Shown here: piece by piece, positions 9,876-19,289 of the stretch
Layout of the letters: each line of letters begins with the position of its first letter
How positions within the stretch are numbered: the stretch's first letter is position 1
DNA from: Escherichia phage BAU.Micro_ELP-22
Length of the DNA stretch: 64,000 bases
Sequence record: OR699282.2
Strand: one strand, 5' to 3'
Notes under the pieces: generated by a model
Told to the model about the DNA's origin: nothing
What the model saw: the letters and a program-made list of their open reading frames with translations, nothing else
The model's database searches: none
Position numbers and translations under genes: made by a program

Positions 9876-10442
9876 ATGGTCAAAACTTTATTACCACCAC
9901 CAAAACGTCACAAAATCAAAGAAATGAAAGAACAACGTACATTAAAGATGTACAACAATTTAGTTAAGTTACTGTGTAAAAGTCCATCGCTCAAAGCAGA
10001 GTTTAAAACTGATGATGACCGTAAAGCACTAATTGAGATGAAATATATGCTCAGTAAAATGTCCTTTTACAAATTTGTAAAAGAATACGCATCTGACCCA
10101 TTTAGTCCTCGTTGGAGAGCCAAACCAAGAGAGTATTTTTACGGTGGTTCATATACAGATCGCATTCAAGACACAGTGATGGGAGTTGAATTTGAAATCG
10201 ATTATGAGCCGAATGGTGAGGAAATCTTGCAGATTGAGAAACGTTTACCAAGTGAAGAAGAAATTTATGTTTATGCAAGAAAACTTTCAACTTACAGTTC
10301 AAGAATTACTCTAGGCAATTTAGATTCATTAATTATTTTCTATACACGTGTTGGTGTAGATAAGATGGTAACTAAACTCAATGAACTTTCATTACAACAA
10401 AAACAGATTAATGCATACAAAGACATTACTGATTTATACTAA
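9876..10442 (+). CDS. hypothetical protein, tandem paralog family member 1
   Basis: Shares D-x-D-R-K-x-L-I-E-x-KY-x-LSK and a downstream W/Y-rich segment with 10449 and 10967. Confidence 0.5.
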   Translation: MVKTLLPPPKRHKIKEMKEQRTLKMYNNLVKLLCKSPSLKAEFKTDDDRKALIEMKYMLSKMSFYKFVKEYASDPFSPRWRAKPREYFYGGSYTDRIQDTVMGVEFEIDYEPNGEEILQIEKRLPSEEEIYVYARKLSTYSSRITLGNLDSLIIFYTRVGVDKMVTKLNELSLQQKQINAYKDITDLY

Positions 10443-10448
10443 TGAGGA

Positions 10449-10970
10449 ATGGATATGTTTTTTGGATCAGTTGGAAAACAAAACAGTACTTTAATTTGGC
10501 ATGAAATTATCTTTAAAATTATATCTAAAAGCTACTCACTAAAGGATATTATCACCACAGATAATGATAGACGTATCCTGTTAGATGCAAAATATAAATT
10601 GAGCAAACACCCTTTACTTTCTTTAATCATTGATTACGTTAATGATTATGAATCTAGTCGTTGGAAGTGGGAAGACGGCGGTTTATTTCGTGGAAAAACA
10701 TTCTACGGTGCGGAACGATATGTTTTCAGTGATGCATCAAATGGCGTTAAGTTTGTTATTAGAAACTTTAACTCCAAAGAAAATGATTATCTTGAAAGTG
10801 GAGTGAAAGTATATATCGATAATAATAGCAATGTCCTAACATATGACGAATCACTAATTATGTTACAAATAATGCGTGGTGTTGAAGGTGTAAGAAACAA
10901 CCTTACTAAATTGAAAATCCAGCAAAATGATATACATAATAGACAGAAAATTAAGGGTTTATATAAATGA
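10449..10970 (+). CDS. hypothetical protein, tandem paralog family member 2
   Basis: TDNDRRILLDAKYKLSK motif aligning with neighbours. Confidence 0.5.
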   Translation: MDMFFGSVGKQNSTLIWHEIIFKIISKSYSLKDIITTDNDRRILLDAKYKLSKHPLLSLIIDYVNDYESSRWKWEDGGLFRGKTFYGAERYVFSDASNGVKFVIRNFNSKENDYLESGVKVYIDNNSNVLTYDESLIMLQIMRGVEGVRNNLTKLKIQQNDIHNRQKIKGLYK

Positions 10971-11476
10971 TTTCATTTTTCAAAAAGAAACAAAAAGTTG
11001 ATGAAACAGGATTAGAATCGTTTCTATGGACTCTTATCATCAAAAAAAGTCCATTGATAAAAGAATATGCTATCAATGATGCTAATAGAAAAACTATCAT
11101 TGAATACAAATACGAATTATCAAAATGTGATCCAATCGTTTATCACTTTGCGAAGTACTGTTCAAAAAATTTATCGGATATCACAATAGACCATGAGTCA
11201 GTTCCAATGAGCTTTCCTTATGGTGATTGGGTAGATACTTTTGATATTTTTGATGGGTCCAATGGATTCAGTTTCTTTTACTCGTCAAATAAAGCAAATG
11301 TTCGTATTAAAACAGAGATAGGTTGGGCACAGCATAGCTCAAATAAAGAAGATTATAATTTACTAGCTGACGTATACCGAAGTGTGAAGAATTCAAAGGA
11401 TATTGATGAAAGAATTAAAAAGCAAAATCGTATTTCTTTATCACTTGAAACATACAAGTCAAAGTATGGTGGTTAA
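10967..11476 (+). CDS. hypothetical protein, tandem paralog family member 3
   Basis: NDANRKTIIEYKYELSK motif; 4-nt overlap with upstream gene. Confidence 0.5.
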   Translation: MISFFKKKQKVDETGLESFLWTLIIKKSPLIKEYAINDANRKTIIEYKYELSKCDPIVYHFAKYCSKNLSDITIDHESVPMSFPYGDWVDTFDIFDGSNGFSFFYSSNKANVRIKTEIGWAQHSSNKEDYNLLADVYRSVKNSKDIDERIKKQNRISLSLETYKSKYGG

Positions 11477-11478
11477 CG

Positions 11479-11880
11479 ATGACTACAGTTGATGATATCT
11501 ACAGCACTATACGCAATATGAGTACAGATAGAAAAGTATTTGGTGATAAAGAAAAATCTAAGTGTTATGGTATTGATTCTTTTGATATAATTTCTTATGA
11601 GTACAACACGAGTGGAAATAGTTCACTGAATATCGTCTGCCCTCGTGACCCAGAAAATAATTTTATGTATGTTGAAATTAATAATGATGGAATATTTTTT
11701 ACAAAAGTTTTTAAAGGTGGAATTAATTACGAACCAATTGAATGTATGAATGAAGAAACTTTCTTTCAAGAAGATACAATTATCAATTTAGGTTTTAGTT
11801 TTGATGATTATAAAACATTAGAACATGACTTTAATCGTTATTATAACGGTTTCTTAAAGGAGTTAACAATTTATCTATGA
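11479..11880 (+). CDS. hypothetical protein (133 aa)
   Basis: ORF in the same array; no clear motif. Confidence 0.4.
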   Translation: MTTVDDIYSTIRNMSTDRKVFGDKEKSKCYGIDSFDIISYEYNTSGNSSLNIVCPRDPENNFMYVEINNDGIFFTKVFKGGINYEPIECMNEETFFQEDTIINLGFSFDDYKTLEHDFNRYYNGFLKELTIYL

Positions 11881-13109
11881 ATAACCAATATGTTGAACAA
11901 ACAATAGTGAAACACTTGGCTGGGTCACAAGCCTACGGAACCAGTACACCTGAAAGTGATACTGATTATCGTGGTATTTTTCTTGCTAATAAAGAATTTA
12001 TTCTTACGCCATTCTATAAGGTCAAAGAAGTAGCTGATAAAAATGAAGAAGATACTAAATTCTATGAGTTAAATCAGTATTTAAAATTATACACTGAAGC
12101 CAACCCTAATATATTGGAATCACTATGGGTCGATCCAGAACACATTGTAGAAAGTACTGAGATTTATGACTATCTTCGTTCATTTAACCAAAAACTTCTT
12201 AGTTCCAAGATTGCATTTTCATACACTGGATATGCATATAATCAGATTAAGCGTATGACAAATCATCACGGTTGGATGGATAAAGAGCGTATTGCTGAAA
12301 AACGATTAAATGAGATTTTAGAAGAACACCCTGTCGATGAGGTTCTTGCGTGGATGTATGATTCATTCCCACAGTATCTTGTTGAACGTTTAGATACATC
12401 CAACTTACATCCATTTAATGCTAAAAAGATTGATTTTGAAAAATATATGCGTGATACGTCATTGCAGTTAGTTTCGAAAAATCCATTAAAGCAATATCAT
12501 TTTGTAAGATTAGTGCATAACTACACTACTGAAAAAATTCTTGATCGTGATTTCAATTTATTGAATTTTAATAATGGTTATGAACTAATTCATTACGGAG
12601 AAAACATTTTTGCGATTATTAAAAATCCGAATGAAAGCACTATCAACGGTGATGGATCATTGCGTTATTTTTCTAAAGAGCGTAGTACTGAAGAGTTGAA
12701 AACCAAACCAGAACTAATTGTCAAATTTAACGAAAAAGAATATCAGGAAAATAGTGAGAATAGGAAAAGTTATCATAAATGGAAAGAAAATCGTAATGCC
12801 AAACGTGCTATTTTAGAATCACAACACGGATACGATTGTAAACATGCTATGCACACAATCCGACTTTTGAATAGTGCAGAAGAAGCATTACAAAGTGGAA
12901 TTATTCAAGTTAAACGACCAGATGCACAAATGTTGATGGATATTCGTAATGGTAAATGGAAGTATGAAGAAGTATTAGAATATTTCGATGATAAAGTACA
13001 ATACATTCGTGATGTTCTATATAAGAAATCAGTACTTCCTAAAAAACCAAACATCAAGTTAGCATCAAAAATTATCATTGATATTAGAGAAATGCAATGG
13101 TATAAGTAA
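11877..13109 (+). CDS. Pol-beta-superfamily nucleotidyltransferase (410 aa), specificity unknown
   Basis: N-terminal HLAGSQAYGTSTPESDTDYRGIF = G-S-x9-S-D-x-D signature of minimal nucleotidyltransferases; further acidic residue in LWVDPE. Confidence 0.5.
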   Translation: MNNQYVEQTIVKHLAGSQAYGTSTPESDTDYRGIFLANKEFILTPFYKVKEVADKNEEDTKFYELNQYLKLYTEANPNILESLWVDPEHIVESTEIYDYLRSFNQKLLSSKIAFSYTGYAYNQIKRMTNHHGWMDKERIAEKRLNEILEEHPVDEVLAWMYDSFPQYLVERLDTSNLHPFNAKKIDFEKYMRDTSLQLVSKNPLKQYHFVRLVHNYTTEKILDRDFNLLNFNNGYELIHYGENIFAIIKNPNESTINGDGSLRYFSKERSTEELKTKPELIVKFNEKEYQENSENRKSYHKWKENRNAKRAILESQHGYDCKHAMHTIRLLNSAEEALQSGIIQVKRPDAQMLMDIRNGKWKYEEVLEYFDDKVQYIRDVLYKKSVLPKKPNIKLASKIIIDIREMQWYK

Positions 13110-13186
13110 CATATACAAGTGTAATGGTACTAAAAATGCCATTACACTCAATAAATACTCAATATAAATTAACACAAGGATTAAGT

Positions 13187-13315
13187 ATGGCACAACAAAT
13201 TTTCACAGATATCCACACTACCGGAGTTATTAAATTTCAAAATAATTTTTCAGGTGCAACTGGTGTAGACATTAAAAATGATGGTTTTAACATTGTCAGT
13301 ACTCGGATCTATTGA
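13187..13315 (+). CDS. small ORF (42 aa) overlapping the start of the next gene
   Basis: Start chosen at Met with AGGA RBS (ORF track 13124); ends inside ORF 13278, which is in the +1 frame. Confidence 0.25.
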   Translation: MAQQIFTDIHTTGVIKFQNNFSGATGVDIKNDGFNIVSTRIY

Positions 13316-13814
13316 TGGTGAAGATAGTTCTCTTAGTGATTCTGTGATTGCATCATTCGGAACTAATAAAAACAGTTCTTTTATTATATCTGGATGGACT
13401 GGAATGACTGATTCTGAAAATAATGTTAAGATAAAAGCTAAAGCTACTAACGAGAATCATGAAACAGAATGGGTAACATTATATGATAGTGCAAGTAATA
13501 AGTTATATAATGTATTAAGTTCTAATAATATTTTAATTAATCCACTGTCGGGTAATGCTGTTTTTAATATTAATTTATCTGATAGAAATACTACTATTTC
13601 GATTGGTGCGGCTCCTACTGAAGTTTATTCAATTACCATCCTATTAACACAACAAACAGGTTCAAACCTAGTTAATTGGGGTTCTAATGTTAAATGGTCA
13701 TATAACAGACCAGTTGTTCTTTCTTATGAAATTGGTGAAAAAGATATTATTTCATTAGAAACATATGATAAAGGAGTTACATGGTACGGTGCATTAATTA
13801 GAGCAGGAGTATGA
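13278..13814 (+). CDS. hypothetical structural-type protein (178 aa)
   Basis: Ser/Asn/Thr-rich ORF directly upstream of the large 13816 gene; start uncertain (no RBS at 13278). Confidence 0.4.
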   Translation: MMVLTLSVLGSIDGEDSSLSDSVIASFGTNKNSSFIISGWTGMTDSENNVKIKAKATNENHETEWVTLYDSASNKLYNVLSSNNILINPLSGNAVFNINLSDRNTTISIGAAPTEVYSITILLTQQTGSNLVNWGSNVKWSYNRPVVLSYEIGEKDIISLETYDKGVTWYGALIRAGV

Positions 13815-13815
13815 T

Positions 13816-16605
13816 ATGTTAAACAATAATATTGATAATATTGTACAACTTCTTTATGGGCATCACAAATTTATTGAAAGAAATACTGGTGATACAATAG
13901 ACCCAACAGTACAACATTATGTGGTGAATAATCAGGGTGTTTTGGCGAACAACCGTCATTTTATTAACTATTCTGCAATGGAAGGTCAACCAAACGGTGA
14001 CGGGACAACAGAAGGTCAAAGTCTATTAATTTTAGGATACATTTATGCGTATCTGGCAACAAATGATCCAATGTTTTTAGATAAAGCCAAATGGTACTGG
14101 GATGCATATCATCAGTACTTTTATGCTGGACGTGAATTACCAGATCCACCTACACCACTACAATGTAACTGGATAGTTAATGCCAAAGAACCTATATTGG
14201 CTAACTGGCCTTTAGCTGATGATGGATGGCCTACACATGGTGGTTTCAAGGGTGTAGAATTTACATTTACAAATGGACAATGTAAAATACCACATGGTGC
14301 ACCTTATTATGGTCAGTTCTTGGATAAAGTAACATTTGCATTCAAAGGTGCTTTAGCATGGAACCAAATAAATGCGTCAGTAAAAGCATTATTACCAGAT
14401 GGTAGTGTTGATTGGGATACACCAGGTGAACAATATGATGTTGACTGGATTATCGATTTCATGGGTAGAAAAATCGACTGGGATGGTAATATTTTAGCAG
14501 AAGGTTTTGACGAATCTGAAAAAGGAACTGTTCAATTAAAGAATACAACAATTAATGGTGTATATAAATTAAATTTTGCAAATCGTCAACCAGTAGAATA
14601 TGGTGGTGTGATAATTCAACGAAATGAAATGCAACACAACCGCCCACTTCATGTTCCAATTGATTTGGAATTTGCGGATAACGCATCAGATGCAGAATTG
14701 TGGTTTAGTGATGCTTCTTATTTGTTATATAAAATAACAAAAGAAAGAAAACATTATTTGGGTTGGAAATGTTCACTACTAACGTGTTATGCTTATGGTG
14801 ATATTGACTCCAGAGATAAATTTTTCAGACAAAGTACAATTGTAACCACACCATTCACTGATGGTATTTCCTATGAATATTTTTATCCAAGTGATGCTAT
14901 TGCTAAGTTTGGTAGAAATTCTCTAGGATATATTACTATCAGGCAAGACCAAAGTGCACAAAGTACAATGGAACAACAAGCTATTTGGTTCAGGGTCAAT
15001 GCTGATTCTAAATTACTTGTAGACTATGGTGGTGTATGTGATGATGGTAAGCCGTTATCATTTAAACCAGTACTGGAATTGTCAAAAACAAAAAATGACC
15101 ATGATGTTGTTCGTTATCGTTGTGGCTTACCGGAAAGTAAAGACCAAAATATCACACATTCATTAACACCTTTAAGTGCATTTGTTAGAGAAAAGAAAGC
15201 AGATGGTTCCCCTTATATAATTGCTGATAGTAGAATTGTTGTTCCTTATGGTGCAGCTACGTCCGAAATGATATATAGTACTGATATATTAGTTACACGC
15301 CGCGATACCATTAATCAGTTAGTTTGTGGTGAAGATGATGGTGCTGTTATTGGATTTTGGCTATTAGCAACAAATAAGTCTGAAGTTAAATCTTTTACCT
15401 ATCGTTCATATGAAGATGATTACAATATAAGAATTGTAGATGATAATGGTTGGAGATGGTGGTGGATGATTCCTGCAACACACGGGGAATGGACTACAAT
15501 CACACTAAGTCCCGATACATTACGTTTATCTGGGTATCAGCCAAATCATCCAAGTTCTGACCCAAGACCAGATGCACCAGTTTATAGTGAACTAGAAGAT
15601 ATTACTATTTTACCTGATACAACCCCAGTAGATGGTGTTACTGCAATAATTGATTGGTATTGTATTAATGACATTCCAGAATTATACACGGATGCTGACG
15701 GTGATGACTATACTATGACATTTTCAATAACAATTGCAGGTGAATCACCATATACTGCACAGTTAGGGGATTGTGTAATCAAAGATTATTTGTTAAACTC
15801 ATTGCATTACACACCAGGAACAATACCATTTTCTAACATCACTGACCCGTATGCGAACCAGTATTCAGGATGGCGTGGTTTACCGTATCCAGGTTATCAA
15901 TATCCTGTGATATATTGTTTTAAAGACCAGCCAGTAGATAACACACGCTTAGGAAACATGTTAAGCTTTATGAAAGATTCCCAAACATGGTTTACTCAAC
16001 AATTCGGTACTGTTGGTCCGTGTGCACAAGCATATGTTTGGAACCGCTGGGATAACTTAAAATATGGTGAACCAGATACATTTACTATGCTACATTGGGG
16101 TGATCAAGCATGGAGTGGGTATGAACCACGTGCGTTCTTTGGGGCTGCCAGAGCATGGCAAGAACTCGCAGAGAGAGGAATTGAACCACCAGCAGATCTT
16201 GTTGAATTTTGTGAGAATTGGATTCACTTTTTAATTCAATTTCAAAAAGATAATGATGGTCGTTCACCAACAATCTTCAATAAAGATGGCACAGTTGAAG
16301 GTCCAGATTGGGACTTTACAGGTCATATGTGTGGGTTGTGGTTAGCTGGGGCTTGTGCTGCTGGATTGGCTGGATGTAAAATAGAAGGTCTAACAACACT
16401 CGCTGATAACTTAGTTCTCGAACTTCAAAAGAATTATGTTATTGTAAATCCAGGTTCACCAATGAATGGTTCATGGAGTCCAGCAGTTAGAGAAGGTACT
16501 GATAATGGTATGTTTTTTGGTTTCTGGGCAGGTGAGATTATGCGTGGATTGGGATTATACTCAATGTACCGCTTAAACACACCAAATCGTTTCCGTGATT
16601 TATAA
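13816..16605 (+). CDS. large W/Y-rich protein (929 aa), putative tail-associated glycan-degrading enzyme
   Basis: Aromatic-rich composition (WYWDAYHQYFYAG, WRWWWMIP, GLWLAGACAAGLAG) reminiscent of alpha/alpha-toroid glycoside hydrolases; by impression only. Confidence 0.3.
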   Translation: MLNNNIDNIVQLLYGHHKFIERNTGDTIDPTVQHYVVNNQGVLANNRHFINYSAMEGQPNGDGTTEGQSLLILGYIYAYLATNDPMFLDKAKWYWDAYHQYFYAGRELPDPPTPLQCNWIVNAKEPILANWPLADDGWPTHGGFKGVEFTFTNGQCKIPHGAPYYGQFLDKVTFAFKGALAWNQINASVKALLPDGSVDWDTPGEQYDVDWIIDFMGRKIDWDGNILAEGFDESEKGTVQLKNTTINGVYKLNFANRQPVEYGGVIIQRNEMQHNRPLHVPIDLEFADNASDAELWFSDASYLLYKITKERKHYLGWKCSLLTCYAYGDIDSRDKFFRQSTIVTTPFTDGISYEYFYPSDAIAKFGRNSLGYITIRQDQSAQSTMEQQAIWFRVNADSKLLVDYGGVCDDGKPLSFKPVLELSKTKNDHDVVRYRCGLPESKDQNITHSLTPLSAFVREKKADGSPYIIADSRIVVPYGAATSEMIYSTDILVTRRDTINQLVCGEDDGAVIGFWLLATNKSEVKSFTYRSYEDDYNIRIVDDNGWRWWWMIPATHGEWTTITLSPDTLRLSGYQPNHPSSDPRPDAPVYSELEDITILPDTTPVDGVTAIIDWYCINDIPELYTDADGDDYTMTFSITIAGESPYTAQLGDCVIKDYLLNSLHYTPGTIPFSNITDPYANQYSGWRGLPYPGYQYPVIYCFKDQPVDNTRLGNMLSFMKDSQTWFTQQFGTVGPCAQAYVWNRWDNLKYGEPDTFTMLHWGDQAWSGYEPRAFFGAARAWQELAERGIEPPADLVEFCENWIHFLIQFQKDNDGRSPTIFNKDGTVEGPDWDFTGHMCGLWLAGACAAGLAGCKIEGLTTLADNLVLELQKNYVIVNPGSPMNGSWSPAVREGTDNGMFFGFWAGEIMRGLGLYSMYRLNTPNRFRDL

Positions 16606-16606
16606 C

Positions 16607-16635
16607 TTGACATAGAAAAAGTAATTATGTATAAT
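16607..16635 (+). promoter_or_regulatory. consensus sigma70-type promoter (TTGACA-17-TATAAT)
   Basis: Exact -35 and -10 hexamers with 17-nt spacer immediately after the 13816 stop. Confidence 0.5.
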
Positions 16636-16636
16636 C

Positions 16637-16667
16637 AGAGAACTTCATATGGAGTTCTCTTTTTTTA
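16637..16667 (+). terminator. intrinsic terminator (agagaact-8 nt loop-agttctct + TTTTTTT)
   Basis: 8-bp perfect stem and T-run; overlaps the predicted transcript start of the promoter above. Confidence 0.5.
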
Positions 16668-16679
16668 TAAGGTGATAAA

Positions 16680-17099
16680 ATGTTAAATGAACGTATTAAA
16701 AATGCACTACATGTATTGAACCAAGAAGTAAATTCTATTGATAAAAGTACTGACCGTTATAAAGTAATGCATGAAATCAAACAAGAATTGGAATCTATTA
16801 ATAAGGGAGAATGGTGGTATCTTCAGCCCGAATATCAAACTCGTGAATTAAACGATGTTGAAAAAGAAATTGTCAAATTCATCACTACTCGTTACTGTGA
16901 TACATCAGAGAATGATGTATCAGCGAACTTCAATCTTACTAAATTGGAAGTCGAAGAAAAATTCAATTTTGATTGGCTTGATTGGCTTGAAATGGTCATG
17001 GAACTAGAAGAAAAATTCAATGTTGAAGTTGATGAAAAGTTCGAGAATAATGAAACTAAGCTGTATGAACTAGCAGAACATATTCAAAAAATGCTGTAA
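16680..17099 (+). CDS. hypothetical acidic protein (139 aa)
   Basis: ORF with GGTG RBS-like sequence upstream; no motif. Confidence 0.45.
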   Translation: MLNERIKNALHVLNQEVNSIDKSTDRYKVMHEIKQELESINKGEWWYLQPEYQTRELNDVEKEIVKFITTRYCDTSENDVSANFNLTKLEVEEKFNFDWLDWLEMVMELEEKFNVEVDEKFENNETKLYELAEHIQKML

Positions 17100-17152
17100 A
17101 CCTATACAATTGTATACTCTAAATAATATCATCAACTATAGGAGATATTATT

Positions 17153-17527
17153 ATGAGTATGTTAGAAATAATTGTTTCAAAAATTCTGATTCCATTTTGG
17201 AAACCAATTTCTTTTGTATTATTGATTGGCGGTTCAGCTTATGCTGGTTGGGAAGCTAATACTTATTACAGTGGCTATCAACAAAGCATAGAGCAACAAA
17301 TAGCTAAAAAAGTTGATACCGCCTTGGATAAAATGCAACAAGAAAATGCAAAAAATTACCTTGAAACGAAAAAAATCATGGAAGATAATGCTAAAGTTAT
17401 TGAAACAAAGGTTCCTTTTATTGTAGAACGTGAAGTTTATAAGAATGTATGTTTAGATGAAGATGGTGTAAAAGTACTGAATGAACTAAAACAAAATTCT
17501 CAAGCTGCGAGGAATAAATTCAAATGA
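17153..17527 (+). CDS. i-spanin-like (inner-membrane spanin component)
   Basis: N-terminal TM helix (ILIPFWKPISFVLLIGGSAYAGW) followed by a charged coiled-coil-like region; 4-nt overlap with the lipoprotein gene. Confidence 0.5.
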   Translation: MSMLEIIVSKILIPFWKPISFVLLIGGSAYAGWEANTYYSGYQQSIEQQIAKKVDTALDKMQQENAKNYLETKKIMEDNAKVIETKVPFIVEREVYKNVCLDEDGVKVLNELKQNSQAARNKFK

Positions 17528-17832
17528 AAAAATTATTAGTTCCGTTTATTTCTTTTTTAATTATAAGTGGATGTGCCGAACAAGTAAAACTACAATCCCC
17601 TGCACCAATTAAACAAGAAATTCTGTTAGAAAGATGTGATGATGATACACCTCTACCACAAAAAATTATGATTGACAAAAATGGTTTTAAAGGTTATGAT
17701 GGTGCAGAAATTCTTAAAGTACTTACTCGTTGGGATGCAGTCTACAATGAATGTGCTTTAAAACACGACGCATTGATTAAAACTATTCGTGATTTACAAG
17801 GTAAAGATATTAAAATCAATATCAAGGAATAA
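17524..17832 (+). CDS. o-spanin-like outer-membrane lipoprotein
   Basis: Signal peptide with lipobox LIISGC; small size; immediately follows the i-spanin candidate. Confidence 0.55.
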   Translation: MKKLLVPFISFLIISGCAEQVKLQSPAPIKQEILLERCDDDTPLPQKIMIDKNGFKGYDGAEILKVLTRWDAVYNECALKHDALIKTIRDLQGKDIKINIKE

Positions 17833-17833
17833 A

Positions 17834-18445
17834 ATGAACAAATATCATGTTTACTATACGACAAAATTATCACTTCTTGAAGAATTAAATCAACGAAGTA
17901 CTAAGATGAAACGCTACACTTTAAATGGTATTACTTTTCGATATTTCCCACAAAAAGTTCTTACTTTTGTTAAGAATCCAAAATGCGTGGCATGTGGGAT
18001 TGAAGCTACTGAAGTACGCATTGAACGTTCATTATGTTCTGATCCAGTATATGGTAAACCACATTTAAATGTATATGCTGTATGTGGTCTTTATGAAGTT
18101 TTAATGACAGTTGACCATAATCATCTGGCATCTAAGGGTGGACCTGATTTAGAGTCAAACTTTAATACTATGTGCTCCAGATGTAATCAACTACGTTCGA
18201 ATAAAACTGAAACAGTTGATGAGTTTCTTGAGAAAGTTAAAGGTCGTAATCTTCTCCAAGAACATATGAATAATTTCTTTAATGTACAAAAAAAGAAAAA
18301 TAACATTGACAAGTCGAAACTACTAGAAGAACGTAGGTTACGTCAAGAATTATGGGAAACTGATCATCTATGGCATGTTCGAGAGTTTGGTCGTCATATG
18401 AAAGCTTTGAAAAAAGAACAGAAGAAATTGAATAAACATGATTGA
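17834..18445 (+). CDS. HNH endonuclease (free-standing, homing-endonuclease-like)
   Basis: CVACG...VDHNHLASKGG...N...CSRCNQLRSNK = HNH/zinc motif; start moved from 17789 to Met 17834 with AGGA RBS. Confidence 0.65.
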   Translation: MNKYHVYYTTKLSLLEELNQRSTKMKRYTLNGITFRYFPQKVLTFVKNPKCVACGIEATEVRIERSLCSDPVYGKPHLNVYAVCGLYEVLMTVDHNHLASKGGPDLESNFNTMCSRCNQLRSNKTETVDEFLEKVKGRNLLQEHMNNFFNVQKKKNNIDKSKLLEERRLRQELWETDHLWHVREFGRHMKALKKEQKKLNKHD

Positions 18446-18457
18446 TATGATATTATA

Positions 18458-18487
18458 GGGACTTGAGTATTCAAGTCCTTTTTTTTG
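18458..18487 (+). terminator. intrinsic terminator (gggacttga-gtat-tcaagtcc + TTTTTTTT)
   Basis: 8-bp perfect stem and T8 after the HNH gene. Confidence 0.6.
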
Positions 18488-18497
18488 GAGAAAATAA

Positions 18498-18854
18498 ATG
18501 AAATCTAAAATCTTTTTACCACAATTAATGTGGCATCTAGCAGAGTTAGATGAAAATGATGAATATACGGACTATGGTGCATGGGATGACAGTACTGAAA
18601 CTTTTAAACCAGATGTAAAATATAAAATCATCTGCAATGAAAGCAAAGGACACAAAAGGTGGACTGAAGAATTTGATCTCGTATTTCTTGACATGAGCAC
18701 AAATAAGTTTTATCATTGTAATTATGAACGAGGTTTAACAGAAGATAGACCAGTACAACCATTCAGTACTGAAACTGATGGTATTAAGTGCAATGAAGTT
18801 TCTGTTACCAGAGAAGAAATTATCACTTATCGAACTTTGTGGAAATATTTGTAA
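18498..18854 (+). CDS. hypothetical protein (118 aa)
   Basis: ORF with GGAG RBS-like sequence; no motif. Confidence 0.45.
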   Translation: MKSKIFLPQLMWHLAELDENDEYTDYGAWDDSTETFKPDVKYKIICNESKGHKRWTEEFDLVFLDMSTNKFYHCNYERGLTEDRPVQPFSTETDGIKCNEVSVTREEIITYRTLWKYL

Positions 18855-18855
18855 A

Positions 18856-19254
18856 ATGCTTAAAGAATTAGATTTTTCAAACTTAGAAATTATCAGTGCT
18901 GTAAAAAACATTTCCGATATGGGAGATGAGAAAGCAGTTCTTGTTACTATTACTTTTGTAAAAGAAAAAGATAGCTATAGCCATTTAACTGGTATTGAAG
19001 AACTAATTCATAAAACCAATCTTGAGAATGATGGTAAACTCATCAAGCTTCAGGCTTCCTACACGCAAAAAACGTCAAATTTTATAGACCTAAATAATGT
19101 AGTCAAGGTGGTATACAATCATCCTGAACACACATATAGGAACACGACAAGAAATGAAAATGTTGCTAACGATTCGAATATTATCGAAGATGTTGAATTC
19201 ATAAACACAATTTTTGATCGTTGTTCTAAGGATTTAAAAAAAGTATACATGTAA
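18856..19254 (+). CDS. hypothetical protein (about 132 aa)
   Basis: Start moved to the Met just after the upstream stop (ORF track 18778). Confidence 0.4.
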   Translation: MLKELDFSNLEIISAVKNISDMGDEKAVLVTITFVKEKDSYSHLTGIEELIHKTNLENDGKLIKLQASYTQKTSNFIDLNNVVKVVYNHPEHTYRNTTRNENVANDSNIIEDVEFINTIFDRCSKDLKKVYM

Positions 19255-19255
19255 T

Positions 19256-19283
19256 GGGACATTATATGTTCCAATGATATAAT
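19256..19283 (+). promoter_or_regulatory. promoter, GGGACA -35-like box, 16-nt spacer, TGATATAAT extended -10
   Basis: atGGGACA-n16-TATAAT; same architecture recurs at 30352 and 49365. Confidence 0.4.
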
Positions 19284-19289
19284 GTATAT

